Positions 40,559 to 53,369 of a DNA stretch of 64,000 nt are shown one piece after another. The notes under the pieces were generated by a model. It was not told the DNA's origin and did no database searches. It saw only the letters and a program-made list of their open reading frames with translations. The stretch is from Felis catus (lineage: Eukaryota), in NCBI RefSeq assembly GCF_018350175.1, contig NC_058368.1, forward strand, positions 85,314,001 to 85,378,000, in the 5' to 3' direction. Positions within the stretch are counted from its first letter, which is position 1. The number at the start of each line of letters is the position of its first letter. The translations under genes were made by a program, and so were the position numbers.

Positions 40559-41299
40559 AGTTAAATATTTAAAAAAAAAATAAGAAAAGAAGAAAAAAAA
40601 GGAAGAAAAGAAAGAAAAACAAAACCAAAAAAACATTTAATGAAATAAGACAAGAAAAAAATGTGGTTTATTTTTTTATGTCTCAACATGGCAAGGGCTG
40701 GTGTGAGTTTTCAGACTTTGGATTTGCTGAGGTCACAAGCTCGCCTTGGGTCTCTGAGGTCACAAGCTCACAGTGGATCCTTTTCCAGTTTGGACATTTA
40801 AGGTGGTCAGGAAGAGAGCATTCTGGCAGCTCTTTGGCCCTTTTAAACAAAGGCTTTTTTTTTTTTCCTGTGTCCCAGCTTAACCAAGGATGGTGTGTAC
40901 TTGGTTTTCCAGTCCTTCTGCCCTGGAGAGCATTCCTGCAGTTCCTCCACAGTTTGGTGGACTTCTAGTGTTTTCTCTTTTATATCCTAGTTGCTTCTTT
41001 GAACCACATTTTCCCCCTGTGCTTAAGGACAGAGGAATCCATTCCCTGTCCCAAAGTACTGTCCTTCCCCACTACTGTTTACAGTGTAAGGGGTGGGGAT
41101 TCTCTTTGTTATCATGTCTTTATCTCTTTTGCTATTCTTTTTGCCCATCTTCTTTGCTTTTATAAAAGCTTTTTATTTAGCCCTCAGTTCCTCTTCTGGA
41201 AGACTTGCTCTATAAATAGGTATACTTTGGTCTATTCCCTGGAGGAGGTGAATTCAGAGTCCATGACCACCTTGGCTTGGAGCTGTAATCTAATGTTGC

Positions 41300-41978
41300 A
41301 AATTTATGATGTGCATATTTTCCTTCCTATCTCTTCTTTACTGAAGTGTTTATTCAAATCTTTTGCCCATCTTTACAATTGAGTTTTTCCTCTTATTGAA
41401 TTGTAAGCATTATTTATACATTCTAGGCATAAATTCTTATTCTGTTATGGGATTTGCAAATATTTTCTCCCAGTCTGTGGTTTGTCTTTTTATGCTCTTA
41501 GCAGAACCATTCTGAAATCAGAAATTTTATCTTTCAGTAAGTATAATCTTTTGTCTTTCTTATTCTTTAGACGTTCATATCTTATGTACCTATCTAAAAA
41601 GTGCTTGCATAACCAAGGTCTCAATAATTTTTTCTATAATTTCATTTTTTTTTAAGTTTATTTATTTAAGTAATCTCTACAGACAACATGGGGCTCAAAC
41701 TCATGACCCTGAGATTAAGAGTCACATGCTTCTCTGACTGAGCCAGCCAGGCACCCCATCTTCTATGATTTCTAATAGTAATTTTGTAGTTTTGAGGTTT
41801 GCATTTAAGTAATAATCTGTTTGAAATTAACTTGTGAAAATGGTGTGAGATATATACAAATTCTTTTTTTTTTAATTTGGTTATCCAGTTGTACTAACAC
41901 AATTTATTGAGAAGACTATCCTTTCCCATTAAATCATATATAGATATAGATATAGATAGATGATATAGATATAGATAT

Positions 41979-42009
<31 letters not shown>

Positions 42010-42120
42010 TGGGTCTATTTCTGGACACAGTACTCTGTCCCATTGATCTCTGTACCTATATTTATACCTATATCACCCTATCCTGATCACTGTAGCTTTA
42101 TATTAAATATTATAAAATAG
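41300..42120 (-). mobile_element. Old LINE-1 fragment containing a short SINE (about 41645-41757) and (GATA)n
   Basis: tttgcaaatattttctcccagtctgtgg and ttgagaagactatcctttccc. The SINE has TSD ttctat(a/g)atttc. Confidence 0.75.
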
Positions 42121-42674
42121 GGAGTACTCCTCTAGAAATGCTGAAGCACCATCTGTTACTGCCTGTTCACCTATAAAATCTTCAACAGGTGAAAAATCAT
42201 GCATCTGTAATTAAAAATATGATGTGAATAATAAGATAACAGATACAAGAAGTAAAATTAAATTAGTCTTGTGTTGGGTTTGCTTTCTAATCAAGAAGGG
42301 GATCCCAGACACTGTAAAGGGCAAATATGGAAGACTGGGTGTTACATAAAAATTAAAATCTTGTAATGAAAATCATCATAAACAAAATGAAAATAGGAAA
42401 ATATTTGCACCACATTTAGCAGACAATATCTTGAAGGGTGGCCAACTGCAGCAAAAAATAAAGTATAATATAAATGTGGAAAAATTCAGGCAAATGATCA
42501 TCTCAAACTGTAAGGAATAGAGTTTTCATAACCTCTGTAGAGATAGGCAAAAAAGAGGATCCTGAGTGCAGGCTGAGTGAGCCAAACTACACTTACAGGG
42601 GAAATTTTGTAGAATATTCCTATAATTCTGTGGCATCTGCTTCCTTTGATGAGGGAGTAAGGTAGTGGTTTCCT

Positions 42675-43360
42675 GGTTCAGAGGCCAAAGGCAGGGACCA
42701 CTCCCAAGATGGGCCACTTTGGCATAAACATTATTTTGATTTAAACGTAGTTAAACCCCAGAGGGGTGTCTGGATGCCTCAGTCTGTTGAGCATCCGACT
42801 TCGGCTCAGGTCATGATCTCACAGCTCCCGGGTTGGCTCTCGTTGGGCTCTGTGTTGACAGCTCAGAGCCTGGAGCCTACTTCGGATTCTGTCTCCCTTT
42901 CTCTCTGCCCCTTACCCTCTGGCATTGTGTCTCTGTCTGTCTCAAAAATAAATAAACATTAAAAAATAAAAATAAAAGAAATAAAATAAAAGCAGTTAAA
43001 CCCCAGCAGATCCAGGAAAAGCTCTTCACCTCCACCTCAGTTGCCTGCCTGTAGGAAGAGGAATTCCTCTTTACCTAAGTAAATTACAGGCATAATTGAT
43101 AACCTTTGTTTTCCAAACATCTCCTCTCATCTTCCTAATAATAGTCTTCCTCCCCTTTGTATCCTCAGACCTCCATTTTTCTCTTTAGCTCATACAAGCA
43201 TCATGTTGCCTCACAGTCTCTGCAATTTCAATGTCTGTATGGATTCCCTATATGTGCATTATTAAATTTGATTTTCTCTAGGTAATCTGTTTCATGTCAA
43301 TTTGATGCTAAATCCAGCTAGAAAGGCCTTAAAGACAGAGAAAACTCTTCCTTCCCAATA
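42675..43360 (+). mobile_element. Class I ERV 5' LTR (MER34-like), interrupted by a CanSINE at 42762-42991
   Basis: gccactttggcataaacattattttga resembles my recollection of the MER34 LTR 5' region. ATTAAA signal at 43261, then a degenerate PBS (tggtcc... at 43363) and splice donor aaggtaag at about 43461. SINE TSD agttaaaccccag. Confidence 0.72.
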
Positions 43361-43567
43361 GTTGGTCCAATTGGCTGTATATTTTAGCTGGACACCGCTC
43401 AACCCTGGGGACACTGTTGCAACTGAGAGATCCTCAGGAAATCTGAAAAACAGCCGTCATAAGGTAAGATTTTCTTACCATGTAAGCCTCCTGGAATCAG
43501 TAGAAGCAGAGTACAGTGGAGCAAGAGTGGGGAGAGTCCTTTTTCTCTCTTTCTAAATTTAGATTAA

Positions 43568-44110
43568 TGTCACAGACTTTGAGTCTAGAGTTCTCTTGTC
43601 CAGCAAGAGAGCAGACACAGGAATGAAAACTAGAGAGACTAATGTCCTGGAGGAGACAGGAGCCCTGAGTAAGTGTGCTTTCATTGTACTTATTAGGATC
43701 AGAAGGCTTATATACATGATGGAGCGGCGGAAAGAAGCAATAAAACAGCAATAATTAATTTATGTGTGTGAGAATAAAAGGGGTTTTGAAGGGATGCAAT
43801 ATAGGGAGTAAGGATCAAGACAGATCAACATCTCAGGTGCCAAGCAGAAGGCCATTTACTGCAGACACTCCATCTGTTGTCTTAACTTTTCTAGGGACTA
43901 AGATAAATGGGGCATTTTACCTCAGGGTGAACAAGGTATTTTTCTTTCTAGCTAACCTGGGGCTCTTTTGCCCTGCAATGGCTTTCTGCCCTATGCTTTG
44001 TTTTACTTAATGACTAGCCCTGGGAGCTTTTGACCTGTAGTGGCTTCCCCTCCTAAACCTTATTAACCCATTGGTGGAAGTGTAGAGAATTCTTAAACTT
44101 ATTCCCTACA
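43568..44110 (-). mobile_element. Solo LTR with 6-bp TSD, nested in the ERV leader
   Basis: TG...CA termini; TSD gattaa at 43562-43567 and 44111-44116. Reverse-complement similarity to 53370-53825. Confidence 0.88.
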
Positions 44111-44479
44111 GATTAACAGAAAATATTTGTGGAACTATTTCTTTGGGACTATTGACTCTTTGGTTAAGTTTGGTAGAGTACTCTTTGGTTACTAACATAT
44201 TTGCTTCCAGAGATGGTCTTTGTTTTTCTTTCGTCCATGTCTTATGTCATTTAGTGTGCACATGAGGTAAAGGCTGTTGCTAAGGAATATCTTAGAAGCC
44301 ACAGCTGCAAAATTGATGGGCATGTGTCAGGACTTAAAAGCTGTTAAGTCACCTGCCAATCTCAAGAAAACGTCCATGTTATGAGATATACTGTAAAACA
44401 ATACATGGTCTCCAACCTTAATAACATCCCTTCTAGGTACTAGTATGGCTCCAAAAGACCCAAGGGTTAGCCTAAAGGG

Positions 44480-44599
<120 letters not shown>

Positions 44600-46414
44600 C
44601 CCTGTGTGAGTTGGAATGGCCCACTTTTGGTGTGGGGGGACCCTCTGGGGGAACCTTGGATGTCCGATGATCTGCTGCATCTGGCATATTGTCTCCAGAG
44701 AACCAGGTCACCCTGATCAATTCTCATGCATCGACTCCTGGCTTGAAATTGCCCAAAATCCTCTGCCTTGGGTGCAATTCACCCATAACAAGCAGAGCCA
44801 GGCAAAGGTTTTAGCCGCTTTATCCAGAGACTCACCCAGGGAGCCAAAAAAGTGAAGCACCCCTCCCCTAGTGTTCTGTCTCCTAAGGACTCATTAGGCT
44901 CCCTTCACCCCTCCCCTGAGCTTGAAAATCCTCCCCTGTCTGTCTTGCCACTGCCACTACAAATTTCTCCTCCCCTTCCAGGCCGGGAGAACCCTTCCGC
45001 ACAAGGACCAGCAGCCAGATTGCACCCTCAGCAAGGCACAGAGTCTCTCCAGATGCTGGTCCACATCCACTGGTACCAAGAGGCTTTCTGGGGGATCAGA
45101 GCAGAGGCTGAGAAGCCCATGAACATGCCCAGCAGCAAGGGGATCCCCCCAGGGATTATTATAAGACACTATGTGAGGCTTACACCCTGTTTGCTCCAGA
45201 GACACAGAAGAGCCATAACAAAAGGACAGGGAAGGTCTAGCCACCAAAAGGGGGGAGGCCTAGAACCTCCTTAGCAAGAGGCCAATGAACCTACTGCAAG
45301 GGGAAAGGACATTGAAAAGAATAGGTTTCCAACCAGGGAGAGTCCCAAAAACCCAGACGATATCAGGAGGAACCTGGAGAAGGGGACCTTAGTGGTCTAG
45401 CCGAGATAGAATCAGACTAAAAGGGGACGGTGATTCTCTCTCCCTGTTCCTCTGCCTAATAGATGTGAGGGATTCTCCCTCATTTCCCAGGTTAACAGCT
45501 ATAATTGGAGCCAACTGTGGTTAGTCTACCTCGGGACAGGGACTTTAAGGAATATTCCCAAGCAGTTGCTGCTTCAGCCTTCCCCTCCCCCTCATGTTTC
45601 TGCACCAACTTGGGTGTGGTCCTATACCATCCTCAGTGTCTCAGGCACCATTGGTTCCTCCTCCCACCTTCCAAATCAAGGAGCAAAGTGCACATCCCTT
45701 GGACCACCCATTTCAGATATCTCCACTGGTGCCCCAAAATGAAAATTGACAATGGGGAAAAATTCATGGACTTTTAGGTGGACACAGGTGAAACACTGAA
45801 TGTTTAAACTAATTTAAGTTTACTGGACCTGTCTTTAAAGTTATCGGCAAAGGTCAAATAAGCTCATGTTAGCTCTGTTGCAATTTGTTAATGATAGTTA
45901 ATTTTGTCTGTCTCAAAGTTTTCATGGGTAATTGTTAAGATAACTTTCAAGGTCCTTGGTAACCTGAAACTTTCCAAATAGGATGGGATGCTAAGGCTTT
46001 GATTATTGAACGTAGGTTTGTGTTTTTAACTTCTTATTGCTGAGAAACTAAGGCTATTTGGACCTATTGGAAAACATGCTTTGTACTTAATTGGTTCATG
46101 AATTTACCATCTAAAAAATTCTGATGTAAACACCTCTCAGTCGGCTACTAAGTCGTCAATTGGAGACTAAGGTTTCCTAAGAGTTAAAATTTTGCTAAGT
46201 TTACTTAAGACTGAGGAAAATAAAGAAAGCAATCCTGTATGTAGGAAAGTAGGAGGTATATAAGAAAGATATAAGGAATGGAAATACAGTTTTGTTGAGG
46301 GTAGAAGAAAGTAATTTTGTCCTAAATGAGACTGGATATTTGGAAAGAAATGGCTTTGGGATAATATTTGAAAGCAAAAGAAAGTTGTGAAAGGTTGAGA
46401 TGAATGGAATTTTT

Positions 46415-46644
46415 ATTTTTTATCTTTTAAATGGTCTTTAACGTTTATTTATTTTTGAGACAGAGACAGACAGAGCAAGAACGGGGGAGGGGCAGAGAGA
46501 GAGGGAGACACAGAACCAGAAGCAGGGTCCAGGCTCTGAGCCATCAGCCCAGAACCCAACACGGAGCTCGAACTCATGGACCATGAGATTGTGACCTGAG
46601 CCAAAGTCGGACGCCCAACTGACTGAGCCACCCAGGCGCCCCAA
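46415..46644 (-). mobile_element. CanSINE
   Basis: 18-bp TSD gagatgaatggaattttt at 46397-46414 and 46645-46662. Confidence 0.94.
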
Positions 46645-48499
46645 GAGATGAATGGAATTTTTAAAGTACACTGGTATAAGGATGAAATTCTGCTTTTCTC
46701 TCTGCTCAAATGACAAAGTTTTCTTGAACTGTTGATCTGCTTTTGATAAGACAATGCAAACAAAGGTTTATCCTCTGGGAAAGTCAAAGTTTTAGGTTTT
46801 ATCTTTTTCAGGTCTTTGATTACTTAGTTAAAACTTCTCAATGTTAAAGGAGCTAGGTTTTGATAACAACTGTATAATGCTATACATTCACCTTTGGGAT
46901 CTTTCATTGCCACTTTGGTTAAATAAATAAAATTTTAAGATTTGTAATGATCTATAATCCTATTTAGGATGCACTTAGGACTTCTGAGGTTTTAACAAAC
47001 TTCTCAGGATTTAAATGGTAAATGAAGTCTTCTTGACCAATTAGGCCCTTTTATTTGGGATGCTAAATTACTTGGACAGGCACTGTCATACAATTGTAAA
47101 CCTTAGGTTGTATTGCACAGGTAAATGCTGTAACTGTCCAAATATATGCAATTCCTAAAGTTTTAATGTTTTGCTATAAGGTCATCACTTAATATTCTGA
47201 TTACTTGAAATGTTATGTGTCACAGAGATAACCAGATTCATTTGTCAACTGCAACATAATGAACTCTCATCAGATCTTTACCGATGTCTATTTCTGAGAT
47301 CTTGTCATTTATAATCATTCTTATTCTCTCACAAAACATGTTTATCCTTCAAGGATATTTATAAAAAGGACTTTGGTACAAATACACGTATTCAACACCT
47401 TTAAGATTAATACTAAAATGGGTAAGAATTTCCAGAACTAAAAAGCTGCATTCAAATTGAACAAGAATTAGGCACATGGGATTAAATGAACTGAGGAAGA
47501 TTATAGTGTTGTGATTCTTGTTGAAACTATTGCTGGTTCTCTAATGCTTCTTCTTCCAGATTAAGGAAACTTTGTCTTAAGATATCTATGATATACAAAA
47601 ATGTCATAAAGTATTCATTTGTAAACTAGCGCATTCATATTTTCTCTACATAATTCCCCTGAAACTCAAAAACTCTCAACGAATACTCTTTCTTTTATGG
47701 CAATTACAATTGTTTGCATAAGTTCACTAAGAATCTGTTCATCTTGTAACAGGTCACCACTGGAAATACTGGTTATTTTACTAAGGCTTTGACTGGAATG
47801 TCATATTTGAGGGTGACATTCATAGACTCAGATATGACCAGACAGCTTTAAGGAATTAGGGTTGGCCTTATTAAACATGGTGCCATAAAGCCTCTTGGAA
47901 ATGTTGGTCTGGTGCCTTGCTTACAGAGTTCCCAGTAGCCTCACCAGGTGAGTAAAGAAGGTCACTTCCTGGCAGGTGCAGGGACCTCAGGATATCTTGG
48001 AGAACACATGAAGAGGAATTTGCCCAATTCTACAGTTATTGCAGGCCTGTCTGATGGAAAGTATTTGGCTTGGCTTCTAGCCTGGAGAGGCTACTAAAAG
48101 TTCAACCTGGAGATTCCTTATAAAAGGTTCCAGCAAAGCAAAATTTAAAAGGTTCTCATGATCAATCGCTATTCTTGGTGAGCTTATGTAAATAATTAAG
48201 CCAGATTTGTTAAGACTGGATTTGTTCTACAAATGCATTGGTCTCAATTTGGCTATCTCTGGAAAGGAGGGATTTTTAGAGAGAACAACTATGTTTCAAC
48301 AATACACCGTTATGGATGTTAAGTTCTAGTTATGATTGTCTTTAAATGTTTGTCGTTTGCCTAAACTAGACAACTTGAGGTAAACTTCAGAAAAAATTGT
48401 CACAGTATTTTATGTATAGGCAATCTTCTGTGCTTGTTATTCTATGGGGATAATAATAAGACCTCATGGGCATATGATTATTTAAACAACTGGAAAACA

Positions 48500-48760
48500 G
48501 GATGGATCTCTAAATATGCAAACCATATCTTCCCTAAACCTGATCTGACAGTTACCAGAATCCTACCCCTTTCGAAGACTTGGAGGTGGACTTTACAGAC
48601 TTACAACCAAATAGAGGATTCAGTTTCAGGTATCACCGCATGGATCCAGCACTCCAGATTTAAGAAGGCCAACTCAGAGGAACCCTCAACCTGGCAAGGT
48701 GATCCAGATCCAGTCAACACGCTTAAGTTGACCCTCAAAAAGACACTGGCCCCTGAGATC
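48500..48760 (+). pseudogene. pol: Retroviral pol remnants (integrase pieces joined by deletions)
   Basis: PTPFEDLEVDFTDLQPNRG (start of the IN core, about 48562-48620) is immediately followed in another frame by the IN C-terminal VSGITAWIQHSRFKKA...LKLTLKK. Confidence 0.75.
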
Positions 48761-49024
48761 TTCAGCCCTACCCCAGCCACACCCCAGAAGCTGGTTGGCC
48801 TGCGCACAGCAGAAGCTTTAGGAATCAACATGTTGACCGAGCCCAGGTGTTTGGATGCAACTCTGCCAGCCCTTGCCCTTTGCTGGCATCATAGTCCTGA
48901 TCTTACTTCTTACTGTTGGGCTGACAGAGACTACACCAACAAGCTGGACATGAGACAAAAGATGCATGCTGGGTCTCACATACCTCCTCTGGATGGGAAG
49001 ATTATTAAGTATTGCCTGTATATT

Positions 49025-50472
49025 ATGGTAACCTCTCTCACTCTCACAACTGCCTCTTACCCATTTTGCCCCCAGGATTGTTATATGACAACATGGGGGT
49101 TAAGGGCGTTCAGCTCCTTCACCTCCTTCCACAAAGATTGCTATTATGGAAAAACACCAACTATCTGTCAGTCACCCAGTACCCCAAAGACTAAGTATTG
49201 GACCATAGCGATAACTCAAAATGTCAGGAACCCATGTCACAACAAAGGCCTCCAGAGATGGAATCGAGCTTGCTACACTTACCTTCCTGAATGGGGGATC
49301 TCAGGAGGGGGAGGGGCGCATGACTAGGCCCTTCAAAAGTTTATAAAGGATACCCAGGACAGGGATATACAGGCCATAAAGGCGACCACTCCCCAGGCAG
49401 CCTACCAGGGTTTGAAACTTTCAGCCCTCAATCAGATGCTTACCAATTCTCCACTTCAGTGTTGGGCCAACACAACTCTACAAGTCCTCCATAAAACAGA
49501 TACTCACACCCAAACCTACCAGATGTGCTTGCCCCTCAGGCAAATGGCTTACTTAGCCACTACTATACCTTTGACCTGGGAACCTCCTGAAAATCTCAAA
49601 ACCAACACCTCTGTCTTAATTGGACCCCTGGCCACTGGGGTCCATCTCACAAATGCCAACAATCTAATCTGTACAGTCCCTGAAGGTATGATTGGTATCT
49701 CTCTATGCAGAAGAAATATAAACTTAAAGAGGAATTCAAACCTATGTTTAACCCCTGGGGTGTTCTATCTGTGTTCTAATTCAGCCTACTGATGCTTAGA
49801 GGCCAGCTGGACTCAGATATGTTATTTCATCTTCCTAACCCCAGAGATATCATATACACTGAAGATCAGCTCCTAACAGACTTTAGCCCCAAGTCCCGGA
49901 CTAAACGAGCAATCCTGCTACCTATTCTGATAGGAGCAGGAATTGTGACAGGAATAGGAACTGGAATAGGGGGAGTAAGTTCATCTATAGGACTATACCA
50001 TAGACTATCTCAAGAGCTAAATGAAGACACGGAACGGGTGGCAGATTAGCTGGTAACCTTACAAAGCCAAATAAACTCTCTGGCGGCAGTGACCCTCCAA
50101 AATAGGCAAGCCCTTGACCTCCTCACTTCAGGAAAAGGAGGGACTTGCATCTTTCTGGGGGAGGAATGTTGCTATTTCAGAAACCAGTCAGGAATAATTA
50201 CAACTAAGGTTAAGGAACCCAAGGAAAGAATTCAACATAGACAACAGGAAAGTATCAATCAATGGAAAGGATGGGATCTCACAGATTGGACATCCTGGCT
50301 TCCTGTCCTGGCAGGGCCCCTCCTCTCCATAATTTTACTTGTATCCATCAGCCCCTGTATACTGAATGCTGTGGTATGTTTTATTGAAAACACTGTTGCT
50401 TACCAAACTACTGCATGTATCTTAGCCTTCAGAGAATACCAACCTGTAAAACTGAAAGGTGATGCCTACTAA
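49025..50472 (+). pseudogene. env: Gamma-type retroviral env pseudogene (HERV-W/syncytin-1-like)
   Basis: SGGGGAHD motif, furin site RTKR, fusion peptide AILLPILIGAGIVTGIGTGIGG, ISD LQNRQALDLL, CX6CC (CIFLGEECC) and a TM segment. Stops at 49325, 49790 and 50047 and a frameshift near 49845. The start codon is uncertain. Confidence 0.92.
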
Positions 50473-50502
50473 AAGTATTTTTAAAGGCATCAAGGGGAGG
50501 AA

Positions 50503-50803
50503 TATTGGAGAAGTGAATAAAGTATGCCAAAGATAGGGATAAAATGGGGATAAAACAAACTCTGGTCTCTAGTTTACAGACCCCTCCTCCAGGTTCTTCT
50601 TCCTTTGTTTGCTGTGTGCACGAAAATCCCCACAGATATGGAAGCTGATGATTATAAATTACCCTCCCCACTTGCATTTGGCATTCACACTTTGGAGAAA
50701 TAGTCTCCTCTGAGCCTGCCGGTGTTAAATAAATCTCTGATCCATCAAGATCTCCGAGTGCTGCTTGTTTTTTCCGCCAATGTTCCAGCCTGGTTCTGTA
50801 ACA
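50503..50803 (+). mobile_element. ERV 3' LTR (about 300 bp)
   Basis: Follows polypurine tract aaggggaggaa (50492-50502). Contains tataaa at about 50653 and aataaa at about 50728, and ends tgtaaca. Confidence 0.8.
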
Positions 50804-50966
50804 ATTTTAAAAGAAAAAACAAATGTAACAAATGTAAAAACAAATAGCCACTACTAGGCCAGGAGATAGTCTAACCATATCATAGAATAAATCAGTGGTA
50901 AAACTCCCAGTGCTGTTTCGAAAGTAAAGATTGACCTAATGCACATTTTGTTTTTAAAAAACAAAC

Positions 50967-51183
50967 TTATTTTTTTTAAGATTATTTATTTATTTTGATA
51001 GACGGAAACAGAGAACACAGTGGAGGAGGGACACAGATGGAGAGAGAGAATCCCAAGCAGACTCCACACTGTCAGCACAGAGCTCAATGTGGGGCTTGAA
51101 CCCACAAATCGTGAGATCATGGGTTTAACCTGAGCCACAGTCCAGAGCTGGAAACAACTGAATGAGCCTCCCAGGTGCCTCCC
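50967..51183 (-). mobile_element. CanSINE, followed by a short antisense L1 3' end (about 51185-51335)
   Basis: SINE body, then tttatttaaattccagttagttaac...acaacacccagtgct. Confidence 0.85.
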
Positions 51184-51335
51184 AAAAGTTTTTATTTAAA
51201 TTCCAGTTAGTTAACATGTAATATTTGTCTCAGGTATAGAATGTGGTGATGCAATACTGTCATACAACACCCAGTGCTAATCACAAGTTCTGTCCTCAAT
51301 CCCTATCACCTACTTAATACATCCCCCCCCCCCAT

Positions 51336-51881
51336 ATTCTTGAGTTGTTTAACAGGATTTAGACCACTTGAGCACTTAGACAAGGAACTGATTTGGAGCC
51401 AGAGAACTGAGGATGCCTACCCTTGTTGGCCCTTGTGAACTAGGACTGGGACTCTGTCAACTTAGGATAATTTTTGCCCCCACTCACATTTCATTCTCCT
51501 TTGCCAAGCCCCTTTATGAATATACATGCACACTGAGCTTAAAACTTTCCCAATTTGGGGGGCATCTGGGTGGCTTGGTTGGTTAAGCATCCAACTTTGG
51601 TTCAGGCCATAATCTCATTATTTGTGAGTTTGATCACTGCATTGGGCTCTGCACTGACCATGCAGAGCCTGCTTGGGATTCTCTCTCTTTCTCTCTCAAA
51701 ATAAATAAATAAACTTGAAAAAAAATTCTGATTTTGTTGTTCATGGAGACAGTGCTTTGCGAAATATCCCCGGTGTTTTCCTTATCTTTTGAAAGTACAA
51801 TCCTTCATTTTCCATTCTTAGGCTTGATTATGTCTTTTCGCTTGATGGCCACCAAGATGTGAACCCAGTTCTGAGATTACA
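51336..51881 (+). mobile_element. Older ERV1-type LTR fragment containing a CanSINE (about 51558-51725)
   Basis: ggagacagtgctttg...atccccggtgttttcctta...gtgaacccagtt...ttaca is LTR R/U5-like sequence. The SINE is clear; the LTR 5' boundary is not. Confidence 0.55.
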
Positions 51882-52940
51882 ATATGAATGTGATTGCATG
51901 AGTATTATATTATGGTAGCAAAACTATCTTCCCACATTGTGTGAAGTCCTATGTGTTGTAACCTCCTTCCATTCCCTCCTTGTTTCACATCAACTGAAAT
52001 TGATATATGTATCACTATGTTCTGCTCTTAACATGGCTTCTTAAAGGTAGGTATTGAGTGAGTACCTGGGGCATTAGGATGGTTGGAATCCCTGTTAGGA
52101 GATACATCCGTAGCAAGTGAGGGAGGCAGGCATAGGACAAGGGTGAAGCTTCCCCACAGTATGGCTATACCTGAGGCCCTGGGCATGCCATGGAAAACTG
52201 GGGGAAAAGGAAAGGTCTTTGTATCTAGTCAGTGGCTACAGAATTCTCCTGAAAGGGGCATAAAATCAGATTCAGCAGCCCAGTGTACATCCCATAGAAA
52301 ATGCGGGTGTGAGTCATCATCAGCAGGTAGGTATTGTGGCCTTAATTGGGAACCTGTATTGAATATCAATATATCCACTCCACAGACAATCCAATATTAC
52401 AATAGATAATGTAATATATGCAGATCTCCCTGAAGGAATTTACATAGAAAACTATTATGGGGTGAATATTATTTTCCTTGTTTTAAAATCTGAGTTACTT
52501 AAAGGTGACATTGATTAAATGGTATATGACATGTCATGCTCCCCATGTGTGGAAGAGCTAGAATTTGAAGAAATGAATATCTAATTCACATGTCCTTTTG
52601 ACCACTATGTTGTGTAATAAGTATTCATTGTTAATACTATGCACTAAATGAAATGATAATCTAATCAGCCCAACTCCATTGACAGATATGACAGATGTTA
52701 TAGGACAATGGGTCAATCAAAAGACACTGTGGGCTGGTATGGGGTCAACAGTAACTTGTCTCTCTTACTTCTGTCTGGTCCTACATCTGTGTCCATTCAT
52801 TTTCTACCTGTTGTGAGTAGGATGATGAGTTAAAACCAGAGATAAAGTCATAATCCTTGTTTTCAAAAGACAGATTCAGGGGTAATTAATCTTAAAGAAA
52901 ACATATAAGTCACATTATCACATAGAAATGGATCAGGATA

Positions 52941-53160
52941 GGGGCTCCTGGGTGGCTCAGTTGGTTGAGCGTCCAACTTCAGCTCAGTTCATGGTGTCTC
53001 AGTTAATGAGTTTGAGCCCTGCATCAGGCTCTGTGCTAACAAACAGCTAAGAGCCTGGAGCCTGCTTTGGATTCTGTATCTCCCTCTCTCTCTCCCCCTC
53101 CCCTGCTCATGCTCTGCCTCTCTCTGTCTTTCAAAAATAAGTAAATGTTAAAAAAAAAAA
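52941..53160 (+). mobile_element. CanSINE
   Basis: ggggctcctgggtggctcagttggttgagcgtcc..., CT tract and poly(A). Confidence 0.93.
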
Positions 53161-53369
53161 GACATGGGTCAAGGTCTAGCTGGAGCCATTGGGGGTCAAA
53201 ATCACTTTTAGTTCTGTGTTTGCTAGAGATAGAAACAATTGAATGTCAATTTCAATGTTCTTTAAAATCATTATAGTGTTGGTAAAATGGTATATTTAAC
53301 AAAAATTGATGTCTACATCATACTGAATGTTATTTTTTTTTATTTTTTACATTTAATAGAAAGATCAAC

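Noticed and set aside
48434..49327. 297-aa ORF as a functional pol-env fusion gene
   Set aside because: It has a non-ATG start and runs across deletion junctions, a spacer and truncated SU. Most likely it is an incidental open frame in a decayed provirus.
49025..50472. env as a domesticated syncytin gene
   Set aside because: It has three in-frame stops and a frameshift, so no full-length protein can be made.
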